Shown here: one piece after another, positions 38,601 through 49,000 of the stretch
Layout of the letters: each line of letters begins with the position of its first letter
How positions within the stretch are numbered: the first letter of the stretch is position 1
NCBI GenBank assembly: GCA_016717285.1
Contig: JADKFU010000002.1
Coordinates: forward strand, 72,385 to 136,384
Source: Chitinophagaceae bacterium
GTDB lineage: Bacteria > Bacteroidota > Bacteroidia > Chitinophagales > UBA10324
Direction: 5' to 3'
Length of the DNA stretch: 64,000 nt
Made by a program: the position numbers and the translations under genes
The notes under the pieces: generated by a model
Seen by the model: only the letters and a program-made list of their open reading frames with translations
Database searches by the model: none
What the model was told of the DNA's origin: nothing

Positions 38601-39511
38601 TTTGATTCGTCAGGCAGTTTGCATACAGAAAGCTGGGTTCCACAATTAATGGTAGGGCTATAGTAGTAGTCTATTTTTAAATTATTCCCACTGGTGTCAA
38701 ACTGCGCTTGCCAAAATCGAAATTTTTGGTCTTGGGAGAAATACGAATCACCTGTCACTGTAAGATTACCATTTGAATAAGCCATATCTGCTGGCTCAAA
38801 GAAGCCAAAATCTCCGTATTCCCTGCTCCATAGAATTTCACCATTTTGGTCAATACAAAAGAGGGATATTCCCAGGTCAGCTAAGTTTGAATTGTAGGAA
38901 TGTCCAAGAATAACGAAATGGTTTTGGGAGATTTGTAGCATTCTTATTCCGCCCAGAGGTCCAAGTGGATTTTTGTATTGATTCATCCAGATAACATGTC
39001 CTGCAGAATCGGTTTTAGCTATACCGCAATAAGTATCATACTGGCTGTTGCTGGGACCATTAAAAAGAATCAGCAATGAATCTCCATCAACTTCAATCGC
39101 ATCAATTCCTGTCGATAGTAAAGTCCCTTTAAAGAAATCTCTTGACCAAAGCACATTTCCGAGCTGATCAGTTTTAATAACATCCGCGGCGCCCAATCCT
39201 CCAAGTAAAATAAAACCGCTGTCTTTTGTTGATGCTATATTTACCTGATCAAATTTCTCTTCGATGTCAAACTTCTTTGCCCATATCAATGAATCATTCT
39301 TATTAAACCGAAACAATGCAAATCGATCTTTGGAAATGGTTGCATCATAAAATGAAAGGAATACCGCACATCCTGAATCAGGTGTTAAACATATCTCGGC
39401 ATCATAATCAGCCATTGTCTCAGCATGAAATGCATTTAAATACTTTGCCTGCGTAAAACCGTAATCAGGAAAGAGCAGAAATAAAAATAGGATGAAAGTA
39501 TTCTTCGACAT
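35681..39511 (-). CDS. Large secreted protein: beta-propeller repeats, 4 PKD domains and a T9SS C-terminal sorting domain
   Basis: 1276 aa with a signal peptide. It carries the same propeller repeat type as 33899-35428. There are four PKD signatures (WDFGDG...H.Y...G.Y.VCL, three WDFGDG and one WEFGDG). The C-terminus is FSIYPNPASEYIHV...GIYQCKIYDSIGRIIVAQKLAIVN. Confidence 0.85.
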   Translation of the reverse strand: MSKNTFILFLFLLFPDYGFTQAKYLNAFHAETMADYDAEICLTPDSGCAVFLSFYDATISKDRFALFRFNKNDSLIWAKKFDIEEKFDQVNIASTKDSGFILLGGLGAADVIKTDQLGNVLWSRDFFKGTLLSTGIDAIEVDGDSLLILFNGPSNSQYDTYCGIAKTDSAGHVIWMNQYKNPLGPLGGIRMLQISQNHFVILGHSYNSNLADLGISLFCIDQNGEILWSREYGDFGFFEPADMAYSNGNLTVTGDSYFSQDQKFRFWQAQFDTSGNNLKIDYYYSPTINCGTQLSVCKLPDESNVFLDCNVLFKTDKKGNLISIHEFPESDYGLFDVEVGMENNLWIAGYAEVNNDGQFSLLKTNMDMDLLCLDTVNFEFGTESAILPTFNQVIYKEAYAQVDSFNYVAVPYPDEVIYSCEDTCVTNAGISLSTSRICSGSVLEAINASTNATNFKWYVDDLLITTTPNLSYLTSNPGAHNISLIAKGECKDTAEINFFVDSLPDATFSVTRKMFQCEFTANAINNESWKWDFGDGKNAYWPQSVHFFDSVGSYSVCLTTSNTCGAATECQSISIDDTVQSRFVMFCGISGNNLLPVQVVRMGDGGYLLLSNNAGLTPWIIRTDFKGNELWTIGSPGGMALSVTPTRDGGFAIVSGESGLAVTRYDSIGKLLWKRKFSGSVNNYADIIETSDESLLIAGQDNSKAVVLKLTKAGLTLWKRSYTETTFASKLYEAKNGDLLITGGYSNDLLVFRSDAAGVPIWGKKYYGPSADAGYGIVESANGNILVTGNTSSFGGSYVPKPIILRLEEDGDMLWAKLADIGVGNAGFGINELQSGNLQVLSGGEYDAQFIKLNSAGGFLHAKKYSFPFKSRIQKPAFTADNGFATLYTETGSVDWFPYLLKADSNGYAGCYSDSVVCNIVNLTPSITNLNITSTYDTIPLIYIPMYSTYYSTAEEILCDNFNCSIPNTNFTYTSNGNTVSFEDNTTSEDLLHWDFGDGFTSTEQNPAHTYISPGEKTVCLIANNECGDSIVCKSVFVNCIAAANFSSSANDLEVEFTNTSASATGYLWDFGDGTNSSITSPVHSYSSLGTFHVCLIAYGLCVNDTTCMDVTLQCSTESDFTYTTNVNQVFFTNQAINTLFYFWEFGDGQQSFAPNPNHTYTANGIYTACLTAYGDCDTPITCKEITIIATGISDPVNLFSIYPNPASEYIHVDYCCEEHVTVEIINSLNQVRLKESLSRGEKLINVKEYPPGIYQCKIYDSIGRIIVAQKLAIVN

Positions 39512-39969
39512 TAATATAAATTATTGAGGAGAAGCCCTAAGGTAAATAGTTTAAATTAAACCTATGGTCTTTCAAGTGCTGTCTTGAAAAGCATTCATTT
39601 TATCATGCAATTATTTCCATCCAGCCAAATTCTTCCTATGCAACTTTAGAACTAATGCATGTGGAAGGTAGCCACCAAGGTGACGTTTCACTGGTATCGC
39701 ATTTTGCGATGCCATAAACCCTACTTCTTCATTTGTAAATTGAAACATGAAACTTTTAGGGGATCGATCAATGTTTCTTTTACCTGCTCTCTTAGCCGAA
39801 TTGATTTTATCTCTTACAGCAATGCAATATCCCTGTCCAACATTACATTTTCATCACCCGGAAAAATTATCTTCCTCATCACAACAACCGGTGATATAAC
39901 CGGGACCTTATTCATAAGAATGTGTTATAAGGTGATTAATAAAAACCAAATTGCTTCATTGCTAAACTG

Positions 39970-40004
39970 TAAAAATTGTTGGGGCATCTTTAAGCCCCAA
40001 CAAT
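39970..40004 (-). terminator. Intrinsic terminator of the 3363-aa giant gene
   Basis: Perfect 11-bp stem attgttggggc (39975-39985) / gccccaacaat (39994-40004) with an 8-nt loop. On the minus strand it is followed by TTTTT (plus-strand aaaaa at 39971-39975). It lies ~60 nt after the stop at 40065. Confidence 0.75.
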
Positions 40005-40064
40005 TAAACCATTCAACAATGAAGCAATTTTCTAACTCCGGTACTGAATCACTTCAGCAAGCTG

Positions 40065-43000
40065 TTACGGATGCGCTACAAATAATCCAAGACTAACATT
40101 GGGTTCCAGTAAATTGTAATCCTGACCATCAGGTACTCCATCACCTGTAATATCAGAAGTATTATATCCGAAGACAGGGAAGGTAACATCGGGTTCCATC
40201 GCATTGAAATCACCGCCGTCAATGGAACCATTCTGATCTACATCTCCGCTGTAGATTGCCCAGATTCCGTCAATGAAGGTCATCTGAGGATTAGGATTGA
40301 ATGGATCAGGGTATGCTTGTGTAACGTCCGTTGAAAAATCATAGTCGATCATCGAACTGCTAAAGGTCACTGCCGATGCACTCCAGGTTTCAAGTGTATT
40401 TCTATGAGTGATCGCTATGTAGTAGGAATTGCCGATTACAGAAGCGGGGAAGGTACATGAAAGTGTTCCGTCAGTTTGTAATATTCCTTTGAAGGTGGCG
40501 AATACTATGGATGGTGTGCCGCTGTCGTGCAAAGCGATTACAACTGTATCAACATTCGTAGACAATGGATTTGCGTCCACACCTGAATTATACAATACCG
40601 GTTTCATCATACCGCCGGCATCATAATATCCCTGGATGTAAAATTTCAGGTCCAGCGTAGCAAAGCAGGTGTTTACCGTTACGTTGAAGCTGCAACTATC
40701 GGTGTTCCCATGAATGTCAGTAACAATATACTTGACTAGCGTAGTGCCATTCGGCAATGTGTCTCCGGGCTCATAGTTGCTAGTAAATGTTGCTATCCCG
40801 CAATTGTCTGATGGTGTAGGAGGAATCCAGCTCGCGATGCTGTCGCACGTTACAATATCTGACGGGCAACCCATTAAAGTTGGTGACTCATCGTCTGTAA
40901 CTGTTACTTGTTGATAGCAGGTATCTGCATTGCCGCATGCATCGGTAGCGATCCACATTACAGTAGTATTACCTACAGCAAAGCCGGTACCCGGATGATT
41001 ATTGGTAATAGAGATGGCGCTGCAATTATCCGAAGTGATTGGATTATGAAGTGTGATAATCGCACTGCACAGGGTGGCATCATTGCTAACGGTGGTATCA
41101 TTTGGACAAACGATCACAGGATCAGTAGTGTCTTCAACAGTAAATGTTGCACTTGTAGTTGAAAAGTTACCGCAAGCATCGGTAGCTGTAAATGTTACGG
41201 TAGCAAAACCAGTAGCTCCGCAATCATTACTCAAAGCAGAATAATTATTACTCCACACCACACCACTGCATGCATCAGAAGCCGAAGCACCACCATTAGC
41301 AGCAAGCCATGAATTGAGATCACTAGTGTTACCACTTCCATCGCACTCAACGGTGAGTGAAGCAGCAGGTGTTCCGATAATGGGATCAGTAGTGTCTTCA
41401 ATTGTAAATGTTGCTGTTGTAGTTGAGAAGTTACCGCAATCATCGGTAGCAGTAAAAGTTACGGTAGCAAAACCAGTAGCTCCGCAATCATTACTTAAAG
41501 CAGAATAATTATTACTCCACACCACACCACTGCAGCCGTCAGAAGCCGAAGCACCACCATTAGCAGCAAGCCATGAATTGAGATCGCTAGTGTTACCGCT
41601 TCCATCACATTCAATGGTGAGTGAAGCAGCAGGTGTTCCGATAATGGGATCAGTAGTGTCTTCAACAGTAAATGTTGCACTTGTAGTTGAGAAGTTACCG
41701 CAATCATCGGTAGCAGTAAAAGTTACGGTAGCAAAACCAGTAGCTCCGCAATCATTACTCAAAGCAGAATAATTATTACTCCACACCACACCACTGCAGC
41801 CGTCAGAAGCCGAAGCACCACCATTGGTAGCAAGCCATGAATTGAGATCACCAGTGTTACCGCTTCCATCACACTCAACGGTGAGAGAAGAAGCAGGTGT
41901 TCCGATAGTAGGATCGATAGTGTCTTCAATGGTAAATGTTGCTGTTGTAGTTGAGAAGTTACCACAATCATCAGTTGCTGTAAAAGTTACGGTAGCAAAA
42001 CCAGTAGCTCCGCAATCATTACTCAAAGCAGAATAATTATTACTCCACACCACACCGCTGCAGGCATCAGAAGCCGAAGCGCCACCATTGGTAGCAAGCC
42101 ATGAATTGAGATCACCAGTGTTACCACTTCCATCACATTCAACGGTGAGTGAAGCGGCAGGTATTCCAATTAAAGGATCGGTAACATCACTGACAACAAT
42201 TACCTGCAAACAAGTAGCGAAATTTCCATTCGCATCCTGTGCTTTCCAGGTACGATTAATTGTATAGTTACCAATACAACTTCCGGGTACGATTACATCT
42301 GTATAGCTGATGGACGGATCTGAATCGCAATTATCCGTTGCTGTAGCCATTCCCGTATTCGAAGAATCACTCGATTCATCACATGCAATACCTGTATTAC
42401 CAGGACAAATAATCAAAGGTTTAACGGTGTCTTCAATCGTTACATCATAGTTGGTTGATGCTAATGCAGTGCAGTTAAATTCATTAGAGTAGTTTACAGA
42501 GACTGTTCCAAAACCGGCAGGTCCCCAATTGATAACTATAAAGTCATCAGCCAATGTACCACCTGATGCAATACTTCCTCCAGCTACATTCCAGGTGTAC
42601 AAACTCTGTCCCGGTTCAGTATTGTATACTACTCCTGAAGCATTAGGGCACACATAATCATTTCCCATAACAGTTGGAGTAGGCAACGGATTAATAACTA
42701 CTTCAAAGGGCGCAGAAGTACCAGTACAGCCGCTGGCAGCAGTATAGGTAACTGTAACAGTTCCCAATCCTGCATCATCCCAATTTATATATACAATGTT
42801 GTCTGCAACACTACTGATAACACCGCCGGAAACTCCCCAGTCATAACCTGACATTCCTCCTTGTGTAATATATGCTACGTCTTCAGAAAAAGCGCAAACT
42901 GTATCTGTTCCGGTTACAATTGGGAGTGGAACATCCAGAATAATTACCTCAAAGTTTGCAGATGTTCCTTCACAACCCAGATCATTCGTATAGGTAACAC

Positions 43001-46000
43001 TCACGATTCCAATACCTGGAGCGTCCCAGTCGACATATACAATGCTATCAGTCACGTTACTGATAACACCTCCTGATACATTCCAGTTATAATTGGTCAT
43101 TCCGCTTTCAGTCGTATAAATAGAAGCAGTTGTAAATGCGCAAACAGTATCAGAGCCTGATAAAGTTGGTTGGGGAGACTCTAGAATTATTAACTCAAAG
43201 TCAGGTGAAGTACCTTCGCAACCTGCTTCATTGGTATAAGTCACACTCACGATTCCAATACCGGCAGCATCCCAGTCAACATATACAATGCTGTCCATAA
43301 CGTTACTTATAACACCACCTGATATATTCCAATTATAATTGGTCATTCCACTTTCCGTAGTATAAACTGAACCGGTTGTGAATGCGCAAACAGTATCCGC
43401 ACCTGTTACTGTTGGCAGGGGAGATTCCAATATAGTCACCTCGAAAGCTGGTGAAGCACCTTCACAACCCGGATCATTGGTGTAGGTAACACTCACGATA
43501 CCAATACCCGCTGCATCCCAATCTATATATACGATGCTATCGGTTACACTACTAATAACTCCACCTGATACATTCCAGTTATAATTGTTCATTCCACCTT
43601 CCGTAGTATAAGCTGAACCCGTTGTGAATGCGCACACCGTATCAGCGCCTTCAACAGTTGGAAGAGGAGCGTCAATTATTATTACTTCAAAGTTTGCCGA
43701 TGTATCTGTACAACCTGTGCTATCAGTATAGATAACCGAAACAATTCCTATTCCTGCTACATCCCAGTCAACCGTTACCACATTAGCAGCCACGTTGGTG
43801 ATTATGCCGCCTGATACATTCCAGTTGTAATCATACATTCCTTCTTCAGTAGTATAAATTGAACCCGTAGTATATGCACAAACCGTATCCGCTCCTGATA
43901 TGGCGGGAGTAAATGCAAGGCAGATTCCGTTGCAAATTTCATTAGTCTGAAAGCCAGGTGAACCAGGCTGACTATCCGTTCCATTCTTCAAATAAGGAAT
44001 ATAGGATACCGATCCTGAAATGGTTGCTCCAACATCTCCGGGAACTGTTGTTCCCCACCAGTTGCAGGTCATGCCGGCATTTAACGTTCCGCCCGCATTT
44101 GCATCGAAAACGTTGGAGTTGCTATTGTCTGCAATTGCATTGTTGTTTGCACTAATCGTTAATGTTTGTCCTCCTTCTGATTCAAGGTACCATCCGTCCG
44201 CATTATTGATGATATAATTATTATTGAATACACCACTGACATCAGATGAACCAAAACCAAATAAGCTGGTGGTAACATAAACTCCTGTAGCACTGGCATT
44301 GCCTTGTCCATCAATTGTGTTGCCCATAAAAACCGGTGTTACGGCAGCCTGTTGACCTGCGAGCGCCATACCCACCACTACATTATTTACGGTATTGTCC
44401 TTTACTACTACATCACGATAGGGAGCAAATACCCAGATACCATATCCAGATGCTGTGCTGTTGGAAACAATATTGTTTTTGATGGTGTCTGTTATGCCGC
44501 CACTGCTTCCATTATTATCTGTATGAATACCGCTGGCTGAACCTGTGACAGTATTGTTTTTGAAGACAGTACCCGTGGAATTGTTTGCTGCTATCGCATC
44601 ATTACAATCGCTTACCGTGTTGTTATCAAATATTCCGGTACCTCCAAAGTTGAACATGCCAATGGAAGCTGCCTCTCCCTGTACATTATCTACTGTATTA
44701 TCATGAAAATTAAACGAACCTCCAGTGGAAGCATAAGCACCTCTCAGGTAAATATTGTTAAGGGTGACATCGTGTATTTCAAGATTCTGATAAACACCCA
44801 TTGAATGATTGGTGATGATACCGTTTCTGGCATCAATATCAACGCCATCTACTACAACACTGCTGTTGAGTGATGGATTGTCTCCATCAATTGTGAGATC
44901 GTGTATCGTTACATTGCTGGCCTGAACTAAAAATATATTGCTGGCTAATCCTCCACACAACGATCCGCCGCCACACACGGGATTCGAAATTGCTGGAATT
45001 ACAAAAGTGCTTCCCTGTCCGGCACCACCGATATTAACTTCTTTATGTACCGTCACATTTTCTATAAAGGTGCCTGAACCTGCATTCAGGTCATCACCAT
45101 TTGCAGCGAAGTCCACTGCATATTGAATGCATCCATACACAACATTGGTAATCGAAGAATTGTCGACGCGTTTGTCATATACAAAAGACGCTGAAGGAAC
45201 AGTAGCAGGATCTTCGAGTTGTACATGTATGTTATTATCTGAAAAATTATTCGCGCCATAAATCATTCCTGCATTTGAATCATATCCGAATCCACCTCCT
45301 GCAGTAAACAGACCGGTTTCATTTCCGATGATGGTATTTGCCAACGCACCGGCGCCTCCTATGAAAATGGAATTTCCTGTTGGCGTATTATTGAAATCTA
45401 TTCCCGCTCCGGCCAGCAGAATACCGGACGAAACATCGGTATGCGGTGCAACTGTGTTGTATAAATTGTTTGAAATAACATTCCCCTGAATAGTTCCCCA
45501 TGCTCCATAGCCAAACTGAATTCCGTTTTGTGCTATGATACCTGAAACTGATGATCCGATAATACTGTCATTGATCACAATACCTTCTGTTCCCAATTCA
45601 TTGATGAGTATTCCTGTTTTCTGATAATCATCCACCTTGCTGTTACTGATTGTTACTGTGTGTGAAAGATTTACATCATAACTGTGATTTACGAATATTC
45701 CTTGTCCGCGTTGGTTACCATTGACAGATGGAGCATCATGAATGCCGGTTACGCGGCAATCATCGATCAAACCGGATGCTTCAAAATAATAGATGCCTAT
45801 TAAATTGCTGACATTCCTGCCGCCGTCGCCATCCACTTTTATGTCGTGGATTTCAACATTGTTTCCAACACCACTTACATATACTATTGGTTGATAAGTA
45901 CCATTAGCATTGCTCACATTGGTTGGCGAAGCAGGAGCCAGGATAGTGGTGGTATTGGTGCTTCCTGATCCAATAATGACCAGTGATTTATTGATCTGAA

Positions 46001-49000
46001 CCTGTTCTGTGTAGGCACCATTATCCACGAACAAAGTATCATTTGTAGTAGCAGTATTAATAGCAAAAGCTAACGTCGCAAATGGTGCGCTGTTGGTTCC
46101 TGCATTCGCATTGCTGCCAACCGCTGTTGTAAAGATGTCGCCGGCGGTGCTGTTATCATTTACGAAGTAACGCGTAACACCTGAACATCCTTCATCAATA
46201 GAAAAGTCGCAGTCATCATCTATGGAGTTAGCACATACTTCTATTGCTCCGGGATAAACCTGGTTATTGCCATCATTACAATCATCTGTGTTCGTCACTA
46301 CCGTGGCACCTGCACAAGCCGCAAAAATGTCCGATCCGTAGCCATCTTCATCTGCATCTGCGTACAGCAATAAGTCATCATCGCAATCATCACTGTTATC
46401 TACAAAGCCGTCGGGAATCATGTTATCACACGTGTAAAGGGCAAAGAAGGCATCACCGAATCCGTCTCCATCTTCATCAGCATAAAATATGTAGGACTGG
46501 AATTCGGGATCGGAATCATTGCAATCATAACTGGAAATTTCTCCGCATGCAACAGGATCTCCTGCGCCTGCTCCATCACCGTCATTATCGGCATACATGA
46601 AAAGTCCATCATCACAATCCGTATCATCCAAAACATAATCATCAGGTTGTAAACAGGAAACGAGTGGTATTGCAGCATCTCCGAAACCATCACCATCCAC
46701 ATCAGCATACCATGTTTGTCCCGGATGTTCATCTGCACTGGCATCGTTGCAATCTGTATTATCAAGTATATATCCACCCGGAGCCCCACTACAGGAAACC
46801 TGCGATACGTCAGGGTTCCCAAATCCATCTGTATCAAGATCCTGATAGTACGTAACATTCGCATTTACCGTAATAGTTGCAGAAGAAGAATTTGCGGTAG
46901 CGCAAACACCACTTTGTACCACAGCGCGATAAGAAGTGGTTGAAGTGAGATTGGTATACGATTGAGTTGTAGTTGTGTTTACAATGTCATGTTCATCACT
47001 TGCGAAATTATCACTGGAGTATTGCCATTTCACTACACTTCCGGTATGATCACTGAGTGTAACAGAACCGCTGTTGGTTCCTGAGCAAACTGTTGTGCTT
47101 CCTGCAACAGATCCACCCACAGAAATTGGATCAACAGTTATGGTGACCTCTGCACAGGTGCCCGGCGCAACGCATCCACCTTCACCACGCACATAGTAAG
47201 TGGTGGTGATGGATGGACTTACCACAATGGAAGTTCCAGCTCCAGCAGAAGTGCCTCCACAACCAACGGTATACCACTGCCAGTTGATGGCACTGTTCAG
47301 ATTGCCTGACGTAATATTCAGCGTAGTGTTGTTACCATTACAAATTGGATTTAATGTAGCCGTAATCCCGGGAACATCAGGGTCAGTACAAGCTTCTTCT
47401 CCAAGCTGGAAATCACTGAATGCGGTTAGTCCGGTTGCTTGCGTGCTGGTTGAAGTCCTGGCACCTACCGCAGGATGCGTCCATATGCCGCCTGAATTTT
47501 TTGCAACAATAAAACTGGCCGTGTTTGCACCACCCTGCACATCGGTGGGAACAAAGGTGAAAGTCGCATCATACGTAGGATTTGAAATAGTAACGTTGGT
47601 GACAGTCCATAATCTTTTCAAATATTTGGTTTGACTGATTCCCGAACCTGTTGGAATATTTCCTGCTGCCGGTGCGCCTCCAGGCACTGTTGTGCTTACT
47701 GCCAGGTTACCTCCGGAAGTGCTACCTGAAAAATCAAAAGTAACAGGCGTATAGTTAGTGGCATCACCAATATCGAACACTGCCGAAGTGCCGGTGCCGC
47801 TGCAGGCTCGTTGCAATGTTCCGATCACGTAACCGGAAGTTCTTGAAATCGAACCGGCCATGTTGGAGAGAATAAGCTTGCTGGCCCCTGTTGTGGTAAT
47901 AAAGTTGGAACCGAGTGACACATTTCCACCTACCATGAGATCACTGTTTGTACTGAGCGATCCACTGGTGATAGTAAGATTGCCGCCCATCGTCCTGCTT
48001 TGGCCAAGCGTAACGGCAGTTCCATTCTGGATGGTTACATTGTTGAGTCCATCACCAATAATCCATTCATTTGACACGGTATAACTGCTGCCGCTATTGT
48101 AAACAAGCAAAGCCGATGCACCATAACCAGGTTTTACACTACTTGCAGGATTTGCCTGCACATATCCACTGGCATTGATTTGCAATGTTCCAAACACGTT
48201 GAATAATCCATACCTGCAAAGTATGCCGCGTGATAAGGCAAGTGTTTTTCCTGAATTCACGGTTACATTGAAAAACTTCTTTTCATGATCATCATTGATG
48301 GTGGCATTACCGGTGAGCGTCGTGAGATTTCCGGAGATCACCAGACTAAGATCATTTCCTGTTCCTGCATCCGTTCCGGTAATAGATCCTGAAGTGATAT
48401 TGATGGTGGAAGATGCGCCCGACATCGTGAGTGTTTTACCAGTGCCTCCTGAAACACGCATATCACCGCCACTCACCAGCAGCGTATTTTCTACGTCGAA
48501 ATTAGCGAGGATGCTCCTGGTGCCGCCTGAATTGGTGAGGTTATAAAAGTCAGCAATGTTGTTCAGGTTACCCGAAGAAGTGAAGCTGACAGTGCTTGTA
48601 GATTTTGTAAAACCTGTTACACTCCAGGCGCCGCTTAAGCTGATGCCTGAAGCACCTGAGCAGGTAAAAGCGCTGCTGGTAGTGATATCACCCATCACCA
48701 TGGAACCTGTTCCAATCGTAATGGTGGCCGCGTTTATACTTTTACCGCCATTTAATGTATGATTTCCAACTGCGAGTGTACCAGTGATGGTTTTATCTCC
48801 ATTTAAGGTGATGGTATTGGTGCCACTCGGTGCGGTGATGGTTACATTTTTTACGCCTGTGGAAGGAAATTCATTGTTAGTAGTTGTGTACGAAGTTGTG
48901 TTGTAGATTAAAGTTGATGATCCTCCATAAGTTGGAGTACCGGTTAGAAATCCTCCATCGTTAATTTGGGCGGTGCCATTTAAAGTGAGGTTATTGGCAT

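Noticed and set aside
39659-40096. 145-aa plus-strand ORF in the intergenic region between the 1276-aa gene and the giant gene
   Set aside because: The sequence is low-complexity and odd in composition. It runs through the strong minus-strand terminator hairpin and into the 3' end of the giant gene, with no recognisable motif.
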